DNA of 64,000 nucleotides from Acidobacteriota bacterium (GTDB lineage Bacteria; Acidobacteriota; Vicinamibacteria; Vicinamibacterales; UBA2999): NCBI GenBank assembly GCA_031364805.1, contig JANLWW010000032.1, positions 30,372 to 94,371 of the forward strand, read 5' to 3'. Shown piece by piece: positions 27,845 to 38,292 of this stretch (position 1 is its first letter; each line of letters starts with the position of its first letter). The notes under the pieces were generated by a model. It saw only the letters and a program-made list of their open reading frames with translations, ran no database searches and was not told where the DNA came from. The position numbers and the translations under genes were made by a program.

Positions 27845-29949
27845 CGTGGTTGCCTCCCTACCCGATGACCCGATTGCGGCCCTCACGCGCGCTCGTCGCG
27901 CTCGTCGCGTTGCTCGCCGCCAGCGCGTGCGGTCCCAAGGTGGCACCACAGCTCAGCCCGGCGCCGCCGGCCACCGCCTACGCCCAGAAGATGCGGTGGA
28001 TCCTGCAACTCGAAGACGAGCGGCAGTTGAAGGGCAATGGCGGCGACCTCATCGCGCTGCTCCAAGACCCGGAGGGGCGCATTCGGCGTCGCGCTGCTCT
28101 CGCCGTCGGCCGGGTGCGACTGCCTGACGCCATTCCCGGCCTTATTACCCTGCTCGAAGGCGACAAGGATGTCGAAGTGCGGCAGATGGCCGCCTTCGCC
28201 ATGGGGTTGATTGGCGACGCTTCGGCGGCCGAGGCATTGAGCACCGCGCTGGCCGATTCGGATCCCACCATCCAGGGACGTGCTGCCGAGGCGCTCGGGC
28301 TGATCGGACACAAGCCCGCTGCCGGCGCGATTGGCGCGATGGTCGCGGCACATGTCGCCGCCGGCGCGCTGAACGGCGTGGACGCCGACGACATGACGAC
28401 GCCGAAGACACCTCCCCTCGAGGCGTTGCGGCTGGGCGTCTACGCGCTGGTGCGCCTCGGGTCGTACGAGGCGCTTGCTGCCGGTGTACTCGACCGCGAC
28501 GGCCAGCCGCGCAGCCGCTGGTGGCCGGTGTCGTTCGCGTTGCAGCGCATTGGTGACGCCCGTGCGGCGCCGGCCCTAATCACGCTGCTCAGTGGCGAGG
28601 GACAGCTGACGCGCGCGTTCGCGGCCCGCGGCCTGGGTCTCCTGAAGGATCAGCGCGCGGCGACGCCCATGCTGGCGATTGCCGACACCGCCAGCGAGCC
28701 GCTGGCGGTACGCATCCAGGCGGTCCGCGCGTTAGCTCAGCTCGGCGATAGCCGAGGCGCGCCGGTGTTGATGCGACTCATCACCTCGGCTCAGGTCAAT
28801 CAGAACCTGCAGCTTGAAGCCATTGCCGCCCTCGGCCAGTTACGTCACGCCGGGGCCGTCGAGTTGCTGATTGACCTGGTGTCGGCGTCCTGGCCTTCGG
28901 TGCGGGCGGCCGCGCTGCAGGCGCTCGCCCGCACGGATGCGGACACGTTTATCAGCGCAATCTCGGGCCTCGATACCGATGCGCATTGGTCGGTGCGCGC
29001 CGCACTCGCCACGGTATTAGGGGAACTCGGGCAGGAGCGGGGCGAGGGTCCGCTCACCAGCATGCTGCGCGACGGCGACCAGCGCGTCATTCCGGCGGTG
29101 CTCGATGCGTTGGTCAAGATCGGCGCCACGAGCGCGATTCCCGAGCTGCGTGCCCGCCTGAAGGCGGATGACCAGGTGGTGCGGGCCGCGGCCGCGCGCG
29201 GCCTCGCCACACTCAAGGCACCCGGTTCGACTGCGGCGCTGACCGAAGCGCTGGCGCTCTCGCAGCGTGACGGGCTTTACGTGGCACGCGCAGCCACGCT
29301 CGATGCGCTGACGGCACTCGATCCGGCTGCCGCCCGCACCGCGCTGGTGGCCGCCCTGGCCGACAAGGATTGGGCGGTGCGGGTGCGCGCCGCTGAACAA
29401 CTGCGGAAACTCGATGCCGCCGCCGATCTGTCAGCCATGCGGCCGGCGCCGCCACCGATCGTGCCCGAACTCGCAGCGCTGGACACCCTGGTCGCGCCGC
29501 AGTATTCGCCTTCGGCCTACATCGACACCAGCAAGGGCACCATCCAATTTGAGCTGGCAGTGATCGACGCGCCCCGCACGGTCGCCAACTTCATCGCCCT
29601 CGCACGCAAGAATTACTTCCGCGGCGTCCAGTTACATCGCGTCGTCCCCGACTTCGTGATCCAGGACGGCGACCCGCGCGGTGACGGTGAAGGCGGCCCC
29701 GGCTACACCATTCGCGACGAGATCAACCAGCGGCCGTATTTGCGGGGGACGGTGGGCATGGCGCTCGACTGGGCCGACACTGGCGGCAGCCAGTTCTTTA
29801 TCACGCACTCGCCGCAGCCGCATCTTGATGGGCGCTACACCGTGTTCGGCCAGGTCGTGTCAGGGATGGACGTCGTGGACCGCCTGCAGCAGTGGGACAC
29901 CATCGATCGGATTCGGATTTGGGATGGGGTGAGCTGGATCGGGCAGTGA
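27841..29949 (+). CDS. Lipoprotein with HEAT repeats and C-terminal cyclophilin-type PPIase
   Basis: Lipobox-like AASAC; repeated VR..AA.ALG; HRVVPDFVIQDGDP, GGSQFFITH, HLDGRYTVFG. Confidence 0.88.
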   Translation: MTWLPPYPMTRLRPSRALVALVALLAASACGPKVAPQLSPAPPATAYAQKMRWILQLEDERQLKGNGGDLIALLQDPEGRIRRRAALAVGRVRLPDAIPGLITLLEGDKDVEVRQMAAFAMGLIGDASAAEALSTALADSDPTIQGRAAEALGLIGHKPAAGAIGAMVAAHVAAGALNGVDADDMTTPKTPPLEALRLGVYALVRLGSYEALAAGVLDRDGQPRSRWWPVSFALQRIGDARAAPALITLLSGEGQLTRAFAARGLGLLKDQRAATPMLAIADTASEPLAVRIQAVRALAQLGDSRGAPVLMRLITSAQVNQNLQLEAIAALGQLRHAGAVELLIDLVSASWPSVRAAALQALARTDADTFISAISGLDTDAHWSVRAALATVLGELGQERGEGPLTSMLRDGDQRVIPAVLDALVKIGATSAIPELRARLKADDQVVRAAAARGLATLKAPGSTAALTEALALSQRDGLYVARAATLDALTALDPAAARTALVAALADKDWAVRVRAAEQLRKLDAAADLSAMRPAPPPIVPELAALDTLVAPQYSPSAYIDTSKGTIQFELAVIDAPRTVANFIALARKNYFRGVQLHRVVPDFVIQDGDPRGDGEGGPGYTIRDEINQRPYLRGTVGMALDWADTGGSQFFITHSPQPHLDGRYTVFGQVVSGMDVVDRLQQWDTIDRIRIWDGVSWIGQ

Positions 29950-29974
29950 TGCTGCTGAACGATCGCCAGCTGAA

Positions 29975-30002
29975 TAAAAAAGGGAGGCGACTGCGCCTCC
30001 CT
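29975..30002 (-). terminator. Intrinsic terminator of the microprotein unit
   Basis: AGGGAGGCG-CAGT-CGCCTCCCT followed by TTTTT on the minus strand. Confidence 0.8.
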
Positions 30003-30025
30003 CGATCTTCTGGCTGACGAAGCGA

Positions 30026-30079
30026 CTAGCGCTTCTTCGCCTTCTTCGCTGCCTTCTTCTTAGCTGCTTTCTTTGCCAT
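30026..30079 (-). CDS. 17-aa Lys/Ala microprotein MAKKAAKKKAAKKAKKR
   Basis: ATG..TAG, 18 codons; G-rich SD (GAAGGGGGGGA) 6 nt upstream; terminator downstream; paralog at 30267. Confidence 0.72.
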   Translation of the reverse strand: MAKKAAKKKAAKKAKKR

Positions 30080-30104
30080 TTGTAATCCCCCCCTTCAGGT
30101 TGGG

Positions 30105-30209
30105 TTATGCGTAAGAACCTAGCCGCTGCACGACTTGCCTCTGCCGCCTGGCACTCGGCTTGCCCATGCCGGCGTTCTTTCGCTTCGTTACGCGACGTGA
30201 GTTATTCAC
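30105..30209 (-). CDS. Possible 34-aa basic peptide MNNSRRVTKRKNAGMGKPSARRQRQVVQRLGSYA (or structured RNA spacer)
   Basis: GTG..TAA open frame between the two microproteins; no clear SD. Confidence 0.35.
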   Translation of the reverse strand: MNNSRRVTKRKNAGMGKPSARRQRQVVQRLGSYA

Positions 30210-30225
30210 GCGCGCGGTCTTGGTG

Positions 30226-30257
30226 AAAAGGGTGGGGCAGTTGGTGAGAACCGCCCC
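30226..30257 (-). terminator. Internal hairpin/weak terminator after the first microprotein
   Basis: GGGGCGGTT-CTCACC-AACTGCCCC then ACCCTTTT. Confidence 0.5.
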
Positions 30258-30266
30258 TGTAGCGGC

Positions 30267-30317
30267 CTAGCGCTTCTTGGCCTTCTTCTTCGCCGCCTTC
30301 TTTGCCTTCTTCGCCAT
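30267..30317 (-). CDS. 16-aa Lys/Ala microprotein MAKKAKKAAKKKAKKR
   Basis: ATG..TAG, 17 codons; AGGAG SD 6 nt upstream. Confidence 0.72.
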   Translation of the reverse strand: MAKKAKKAAKKKAKKR

Positions 30318-30422
30318 GGTTCTCTCCTGATGGGGGGTGACTCTTGCCTGATGGCGACCGCTGAATGTTTTTACGTGTTCACAATCAGTGGCCTGAGCCT
30401 TACTCCCTCATACCAGATGTAG

Positions 30423-30450
30423 ATTATGGATGAGAAATTCACCTTGTCAA
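30423..30450 (-). promoter_or_regulatory. Sigma70-like promoter for the microprotein unit
   Basis: TTGACA-N16-CATAAT in an AT-rich patch; second TTGACA about 23 nt upstream. Confidence 0.65.
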
Positions 30451-30550
30451 GCACAAAGCGTTTGTGATTGTCAAACAACCGCCCGATTGCCCCATCCGAT
30501 CACACCTTCAGATCACGTGTCGGATCGTGGCGCACAGATCTGTAGCGTGA

Positions 30551-31606
30551 CTACCGGATCTCCCGCTTGATGCGTTGCGCCCGCGCGAGTGCGCCGGCGG
30601 GTGCGTCAGGCTTCGCCGCGATAATCGCGTCGAGCTGCGCGAGGGCCGCGCCGGTCTGCTTCAGTGCGAGCAGTTGCCGCGCCATGTTGAGGCGCGCTAC
30701 GGTCTCCGCCAATGCGGGGCGCTGCACGGCGCGATCGCGGGCCAGCGTCAGCAAGCGATCGGAGGCACGCAGGCTGGCCGCCGGATCGTGGAAGTAGACG
30801 TCCAGGATCTCTGCCTCGATTTGGTAGAAGAGCGGGTTGTGCGGGTAGCGGCCCTGCAGCGAACGGACAATGCCGATGGCCTCGCGCCACTTGTTCTCGT
30901 ACCAGAGATACAGGACGTGAATCTGGAACTGCGCTTCGCCGCGAACCAGCACGCCCTGGGTGGCGGCGCGCTCAAGTTGTTGCAGGCCCTCGACCCGATT
31001 GCCGCCGGGCAGGAGCAGTAGCCAACGCAGGAATCGCAACACTGCGGGCGCCACGTCGGCGTAGTAACGATACATGCCGACGCCGAACTCGGCATCGTGC
31101 ATGGCCGGGTCCAGCCTCAGGGCGCGCTCGAGCGATTCCTTGATCCGCTTGCCGTCACGGGCCGCCGACAGTCGTTCGACGCGGTGGACGCGCCACTGCG
31201 CCCGCACGCCGTACGCGGCACCCAGGTAGAACCAGGCCTCGGCGCGGTTGGGGGTGACGGTGGTCATACGCTCCGCTTCGGCAATGGCTTCGTTGGCCTT
31301 GGCCAGGAAGGCCGGGTCGAGCGCGCGACTTTCCGGATCCAGCTGAATCTGCCACCACAGGCTGAGCGCCTCGAGACCCAGGCAAGCGACGCGCGGCGCC
31401 GGACCGCAGGTCGCCGGCAGTTCGGCAGCCAGCCGTTCGAAGTCGGCGTCGAGAATGAGGTCGTAGGCTCTGGCGACAACCGGCGCCGCGGTGATGCCTG
31501 GTTGCGGCTGGGCCGCGGCGAGCACTTGGCGCTCGCTGGCACCGACCTCGAGGCACCCCAGGCACACCAGGCACCCCAGGCACCGCAAGAGGTGCAGGTG
31601 TGTCAT
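30551..31606 (-). CDS. Secreted TPR-like hypothetical protein
   Basis: AEAWFYLGAAYG, ALRLDP...DAEFG.G; ATGA coupling to ddl. Confidence 0.8.
   Translation of the reverse strand: MTHLHLLRCLGCLVCLGCLEVGASERQVLAAAQPQPGITAAPVVARAYDLILDADFERLAAELPATCGPAPRVACLGLEALSLWWQIQLDPESRALDPAFLAKANEAIAEAERMTTVTPNRAEAWFYLGAAYGVRAQWRVHRVERLSAARDGKRIKESLERALRLDPAMHDAEFGVGMYRYYADVAPAVLRFLRWLLLLPGGNRVEGLQQLERAATQGVLVRGEAQFQIHVLYLWYENKWREAIGIVRSLQGRYPHNPLFYQIEAEILDVYFHDPAASLRASDRLLTLARDRAVQRPALAETVARLNMARQLLALKQTGAALAQLDAIIAAKPDAPAGALARAQRIKREIR
31552..31587 (+). repeat. GGCACCCCA-type 9-mer x4, encoding RCLGCLVCLGCL in the TPR N-terminus
   Basis: ggcacccca/ggcacacca/ggcacccca/ggcaccgca. Confidence 0.65.
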
Positions 31607-32772
31607 AGCGCGCTGGTTCGTAGCTGCTGTTTTTCGGCGTGACGCTCGAGCGCCAGCTTGATGAGCCGATCGACCAGCGTCGGGTAATCCACCCCCGTGG
31701 CCTCCCACATCTTCGAATACATGCTGATGTTGGTAAAACCCGGCATGGTGTTGATCTCGTTGACGTAGATGGCGCCGGTGTCGCGTGACAGCAGGAAGTC
31801 CACGCGCGCGAGGCCCGCCGCGTCGATGGCGCGGAACGCGGCCACGGTCAGCCGCTGCACCTCGGCCACCATGGCCGGTGGCAGGTCGGCCGGGATCAGG
31901 CTCTTCGATCCTTCGTCCAGGTACTTGGCTTCGTAGTCATAGAACTCGCGCGACGGGACGATCTCGCCGGGCACGGAGGTTTCAGGGTCATCGTTGCCAA
32001 GCACCGCGCATTCGATTTCGCGGGCATTGACGACGCCGGCTTCGACAATGACCTTGCGGTCGAACTCGAGGGCCGTCTCGATCGCGGGAACGAGCTCGGC
32101 CGGCGTCTTGACCTTGGAAATGCCGACGCTCGAGCCGAGGTTGGCCGGCTTCACGAACACCGGGAAGCCAAGTGCGGCGATGCCCGCCAGGACCCCATCG
32201 CGGTTGCGCGTCCACTCGGCGCGGACAAACGCGCGCGCCTGGACGACCGGCAACCCTGCCGCCGCGAACAACACCTTCATCACCGCCTTGTCCATGCCGG
32301 CGGCCGACGCGAGCACGCCGGGACCGACGTACGGCACGTTCGCCAGTTCCAGCAGCCCCTGCACCGTGCCGTCTTCTCCATATGGCCCGTGCAGCACCGG
32401 AAAGACGACATCCAACCCGAGACCGGTGACCACCGCGCGTTCGAGGTCGGCGGGGGTGCTGCCATCCGATGAATCACGGCGCTCGACCGTGATCAGCGTG
32501 TCGCTCGATGGATACGGCGCAAACAGCGAATCGCGGCCCGCCCGCACCGGCCGGGCTTGCGTCACCCGCGCCAACTGGATCACCTCCGCCGCCGATAGCG
32601 CGACGGGCGGCCGATCAGCCAGCGTCCAGCGCCCATCTTTCTCGATGCGAATGGGCACCGGTTCGTAGCGCGTCCGATCGATCGACTTGAAAATCGAGGC
32701 CGCCGAGGTCACCGACACTTCGTGCTCGCCGGACCGGCCGCCATAAATGACACCCACGCGCAACTTCTTCAT
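31603..32772 (-). CDS. ddl: D-alanine--D-alanine ligase
   Basis: GGRSGEHEVS, FPVLHGPYGEDG..QG, KPANLGSSVG, FYDYEAKY, NEINTMPGFT; start at ATG 32772. Confidence 0.96.
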   Translation of the reverse strand: MKKLRVGVIYGGRSGEHEVSVTSAASIFKSIDRTRYEPVPIRIEKDGRWTLADRPPVALSAAEVIQLARVTQARPVRAGRDSLFAPYPSSDTLITVERRDSSDGSTPADLERAVVTGLGLDVVFPVLHGPYGEDGTVQGLLELANVPYVGPGVLASAAGMDKAVMKVLFAAAGLPVVQARAFVRAEWTRNRDGVLAGIAALGFPVFVKPANLGSSVGISKVKTPAELVPAIETALEFDRKVIVEAGVVNAREIECAVLGNDDPETSVPGEIVPSREFYDYEAKYLDEGSKSLIPADLPPAMVAEVQRLTVAAFRAIDAAGLARVDFLLSRDTGAIYVNEINTMPGFTNISMYSKMWEATGVDYPTLVDRLIKLALERHAEKQQLRTSAL

Positions 32773-32791
32773 TGAAGTGATAATACACAGA

Positions 32792-32871
32792 GGTCCTGAG
32801 GGCCTGCGGTCCTGCGGTCTTGGAAATGCCCCAAGCCCCAAGCCCCAAGCCCCCAAGCCCCCAAGCCCTGA
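32792..32871. repeat. Imperfect palindromic element built from 7-8-mer units (GGTCCTGA.../...CCCCAAGC)
   Basis: Four left units and five right units between the divergent ddl and tgt genes. Confidence 0.7.
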
Positions 32872-34337
<1,466 letters not shown>

Positions 34338-34340
34338 GCT

Positions 34341-35900
34341 ATGTCGAAGAACCTTCGTTGGAAACTCCTTGTGATTGTTGGCGTTGTTGCGCTGGCGATC
34401 TTCGCGTTTTACCCGCCGGATCAGAAGGTTCGCCTCGGGTTGGACCTGAAGGGTGGCGTCCACCTGGTGATGCGCGTGCAGACCGATGACGCGCTTCGCC
34501 TCGAGACGCAGACCACCGCCGACCGCCTGGCCGAACAGCTGAAGACGGCAAATATCCCGGTTGGGCCGATGACCGTGAACGACGCCCTGTCGTTCAGTGT
34601 CACCGGCGTGCCGCCCGAGCAGGACGCTGCGTTCCGCGCCGCGCTGACCGAAGTCGAGGTCAACTACGACCGCTCGTCAGGGGCGGGCGGCTACACCTTC
34701 GCGCTCAAGCCGAACATCGTCGTCCAGCTGCGCGAGGACACGGTCAACCAGGCGCTGCAGACGATTGAGCGCCGCGTGAACGAGCTGGGCGTGGCCGAGC
34801 CGATTGTGGCGCGTCACAGTGCTGCCGATCAGGTGCTTGTTCAGCTGCCCGGCGTCACCGACGTCAATCGTGCCAAGGAAATCATTCGGTCGACCGCGCT
34901 GCTCGAGTTGAAGCAGGTCGAGCAGGGGCCGTTCCCGGATGAGGGAGCGGCGCGCGGGGCATTTGGCGGCAACGTGCCGCCCGACATCCAGATTCTTCCG
35001 GGCAATCTCGAGGGTGCACCCGGTCAGCCGTCGAGCACCGGCTACTACGCGGTCCGCCGCGTGGCGGCGGTGACCGGCCGTGACCTGCGCAACGCGCGTC
35101 CGACGCTCGATGAAAACAACCGGCCGGCGGTGAGCTTCTCGTTCAACACCGAGGGCGCGCGCAAGTTTGGCGCCTTCACGCAGGCCAACATCGGCAAGCA
35201 GCTGGCGATCGTGATGGACAGTCGCGTGGTCTCGGCTCCGCAGATTCAGTCGCGGATTGACGATGAGGGTCGGATCACCGGCAACTTCACCAACCAGGAA
35301 TCGCAGGATTTGTCGCTGGTCATGCGGTCGGGCGCGCTGCCGGCGTCGTTGACCTACCTGGAAGAGCGCACGGTCGGGCCGTCGCTCGGCGCCGACTCGG
35401 TTCGCGCCGGCGTGATGGCGGCCTCGGGCGGCCTGCTGCTGGTCACGCTGTTCATGCTGTTTTATTACAAGCTGGCCGGGTTCAACGCCCTGATCTCGAT
35501 CACGATCAACCTGATCCTGCTGCTCGGCCTGATGGCGTATGTTGGCGCCACCATGACCTTGCCCGGCATTGCCGGCTTCATTCTCACCATCGGCATGGGC
35601 GTCGACTCGAACGTGCTGATCTTCGAGCGCATCAAGGAAGAGCTCAAGAGCGGCAAGGGCGTCAGGCAGGCAGTGGCGGCCGGCTTCGATCGCGTGCTGC
35701 TAACCATTCTCGACACCCACGTCGCGTCGCTGATTTCGGCGGCCTTCCTCTTCCAGTTCGGCACCGGTCCCATCCGCGGGTTTGCGATGACGCTGACCAT
35801 CGGCCTCTTGTCCAACGTGTTTACCGCGTACTTCGTGTCGCGCACCCTGTTCGAGCTGACGCTGTCGCGTAACTCGAAGGCCGCGACGCTTTCGATTTAG
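34341..35900 (+). CDS. secD: Protein translocase subunit SecD
   Basis: LGLDLKGG, RRVNELGVAEP, LRSGALP-like, VGPSLG, GMGVDSNVLIFERIKEE. Confidence 0.97.
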   Translation: MSKNLRWKLLVIVGVVALAIFAFYPPDQKVRLGLDLKGGVHLVMRVQTDDALRLETQTTADRLAEQLKTANIPVGPMTVNDALSFSVTGVPPEQDAAFRAALTEVEVNYDRSSGAGGYTFALKPNIVVQLREDTVNQALQTIERRVNELGVAEPIVARHSAADQVLVQLPGVTDVNRAKEIIRSTALLELKQVEQGPFPDEGAARGAFGGNVPPDIQILPGNLEGAPGQPSSTGYYAVRRVAAVTGRDLRNARPTLDENNRPAVSFSFNTEGARKFGAFTQANIGKQLAIVMDSRVVSAPQIQSRIDDEGRITGNFTNQESQDLSLVMRSGALPASLTYLEERTVGPSLGADSVRAGVMAASGGLLLVTLFMLFYYKLAGFNALISITINLILLLGLMAYVGATMTLPGIAGFILTIGMGVDSNVLIFERIKEELKSGKGVRQAVAAGFDRVLLTILDTHVASLISAAFLFQFGTGPIRGFAMTLTIGLLSNVFTAYFVSRTLFELTLSRNSKAATLSI

Positions 35901-35904
35901 TCAT

Positions 35905-36843
35905 ATGGCCATCTTCGATAACGCAAACTACGACTTCATCAAGTGGCGCTGGCATGCGATTGCGCTGTCGGCGCTCGTCATCGTGGCCGGCATCGCCTAC
36001 GGCATTGCGAAGGGCGTTCCGCTCGGCATTGATTTTTCGGGCGGCACCATCGTGGTGGTGAAGTTCGAGCAGCCGACCTCGGTGGACCAGGTGCGCTCCG
36101 CGCTCGCGGCCGGGATGTCGGGTGAGAACGTCATCCAGAGTTACGGTGACGAGGCGAACAACGAGATCCTGATTCGCGTGCCGCAGCTGGTGGAGGAAGA
36201 GGGCGCGGCGCTCGAGCAGAATGCCCGGGCGATCGTTGACTCGATCAGCAAGGCCAACCTCGGCAAGTTCGAGGTGCGCAGCCAGGAAATTGTCGGGCCG
36301 GTGATCGGCGCCGACCTGCAGCGCAAGGGCATCTACGCCACGCTGGCGTCGCTGATCGGCATCACGATCTACATCGGCCTGCGCTTCCGGTTCGCGTTCG
36401 CGCTGGGCGCGATTGCCGCGACGCTGCATGACGTGTTCGTCACGCTCGCCTTCCTGTTCTTCTTCGGCTACGACCTGTCGCTCAACGTCGTGGCGGCGAT
36501 CCTGGCGATTACCGGCTACTCGGTGAATGACACGATCGTGATCTTCGACCGCGTGCGCGAGAACCTGAAGAGCAAGCGCCGCGACTCGCTGGACACGGTC
36601 GTCAACCTGAGCGTCAACCAGACCCTCAGTCGCACGATTATTACTGCCGGTACCACTTTCCTGGCGGTGCTGTCGCTCTACTTGTTTGGCGGCGAAGTAC
36701 TGGAAGGGTTCGCGTTCACGATGCTGGTCGGCATTGTCAGCGGCACCTATTCAACGATCTTCATCGCGGCGGCGATTGCGACCGTCCTGAGCGGCAAGCA
36801 GGCCAAGGCTCGGACCACGGCCGGCGCCCGCAAGACCTCGTAA
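35905..36843 (+). CDS. secF: Protein translocase subunit SecF
   Basis: GIDFSGG, HDV, GYSVNDTIVIFDRVRE, TLSRTI.T, GTYS. Confidence 0.97.
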   Translation: MAIFDNANYDFIKWRWHAIALSALVIVAGIAYGIAKGVPLGIDFSGGTIVVVKFEQPTSVDQVRSALAAGMSGENVIQSYGDEANNEILIRVPQLVEEEGAALEQNARAIVDSISKANLGKFEVRSQEIVGPVIGADLQRKGIYATLASLIGITIYIGLRFRFAFALGAIAATLHDVFVTLAFLFFFGYDLSLNVVAAILAITGYSVNDTIVIFDRVRENLKSKRRDSLDTVVNLSVNQTLSRTIITAGTTFLAVLSLYLFGGEVLEGFAFTMLVGIVSGTYSTIFIAAAIATVLSGKQAKARTTAGARKTS

Positions 36844-36852
36844 CACCAGCGC

Positions 36853-37668
36853 GTGGATCTATTCTCGGCCGCGTTGTTGGGCGTTGTGCAGGGACTCACC
36901 GAGTTCCTGCCGGTATCCAGTTCCGGCCACCTGATCCTGGCGCGGGCGTTTTTCGGATGGGATCCCGGCCGCTTCGGTATTGCGTTTGATGCGGCCTGCC
37001 ATGTTGGGACCTTGCTGGCGGTGGTCGCCTACTTTCGCACCGACGTGACGCAGTTGATTGCCGCCGCACCCGGTGCACTGAGCGGCCGCGACGGCGAATG
37101 GGAACGGCTCGGGCGTCTGATCATCGTCGGCACCATTCCGATCGTGATCGTGGGCGGCCTGTTCGGCGACCTGATCGAGGCACGGGTGCGCACGCCGCTG
37201 GTGGTGGCCGTGAACCTCATCATCGGCGGCCTCGGGTTGATCTGGGTCGAGCGTGTCGGACGCCAGGTTCGCGAGGCTCGTTCTCTGGGCTACGGCGAGG
37301 CGCTGGCGATTGGCATGGCCCAGGCGGCGGCCTTGGCGCCCGGGCTATCGCGGTCTGGAGCGACCCTGACCGTCAGCATGTACCAGGGGCTGCGCCGCGA
37401 CTCGGCCGCCCGCTTCGTGTTCCTGATGAGCCTGCCGGCGGTATTTGCGGTGGCGGTCAAGGAAACCTACGAGCTTTCGAAGGTCGGCATGGCCGGCATC
37501 CCGGTGACCTTGATGGCCGTCGGCCTGGTGGTCTCGGCGATCGTCGGATACGTCACCGTGAAGTATTTTCTGCGGTATCTTGCGGGGCACTCGCTGGCGG
37601 TGTTTGCGTATTATCGGTTTGCGCTGGCGGCGGTCACGTTCGCGTGGCTGTTGTCGCGGGCGGCCTGA
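36853..37668 (+). CDS. uppP: Undecaprenyl-diphosphatase
   Basis: QGLTEFLPVSSSGHL, PGLSRSGAT. Confidence 0.95.
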   Translation: MDLFSAALLGVVQGLTEFLPVSSSGHLILARAFFGWDPGRFGIAFDAACHVGTLLAVVAYFRTDVTQLIAAAPGALSGRDGEWERLGRLIIVGTIPIVIVGGLFGDLIEARVRTPLVVAVNLIIGGLGLIWVERVGRQVREARSLGYGEALAIGMAQAAALAPGLSRSGATLTVSMYQGLRRDSAARFVFLMSLPAVFAVAVKETYELSKVGMAGIPVTLMAVGLVVSAIVGYVTVKYFLRYLAGHSLAVFAYYRFALAAVTFAWLLSRAA

Positions 37669-38292
37669 GTGATGATGCAGTGGCTGCGCCGGAGCTTCTT
37701 GGCCGGTCTCGTCGTGACGGTGCCGTTGTTCATCACGGTGGTCACGCTGGTCTGGCTGTTCCGTTTCATTGACGGGGTGACGACGCCGCTGTCGACAAGC
37801 CTCCTGGGGCGCGAGGTACCCGGGTTGGGTGTCCTGATCACGGCGGCCGTGATCCTGCTGTCCGGGGCGCTGGCGACCAACGTCCTGGGCCGGAGGATTC
37901 TGCGGCGCGGCGAAATGTGGTTGTTGAACGTGCCGCTGTTCAAGACCGTGTATGCGCCGGTCAAGCAGTTGGTGACGGCTTTCTCGCCCGATAGCGAAAC
38001 GGGCTTCAAGAAAGTCGTGATCGTGGACGATTCGCGGCGGGGCCTGGTGCTGGGCTTCCTGACGCGTGAGTTCACGCTGGATCGGGGCAAGGGACCTGAA
38101 GCGCTGGTGGCGGTGTATGTGCCGACCAACCACCTCTATCTCGGTGATGTGGTGGTCTACCCGCGCAGCCAGGCGTCCTTTCCCGACTTGTCGGTGGAAG
38201 ACGGCGTGCGAATTTTCTTAACCGGCGGCATGGCGCTGCCCCCGCGGATCAGTACGAGGACAGGACACGATGGTGATGAGACTTCTCGATAA
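37669..38292 (+). CDS. DUF502 membrane protein
   Basis: FLAGLVVTVPL.IT, .P.FK.VY..VKQL, LGFLT, VYVPT. Confidence 0.8.
   Translation: MMMQWLRRSFLAGLVVTVPLFITVVTLVWLFRFIDGVTTPLSTSLLGREVPGLGVLITAAVILLSGALATNVLGRRILRRGEMWLLNVPLFKTVYAPVKQLVTAFSPDSETGFKKVVIVDDSRRGLVLGFLTREFTLDRGKGPEALVAVYVPTNHLYLGDVVVYPRSQASFPDLSVEDGVRIFLTGGMALPPRISTRTGHDGDETSR

Noticed and set aside
32829-32871. Short repeats as a possible CRISPR array
   Set aside because: Units are 7-9 nt with no unique spacers; no cas genes.
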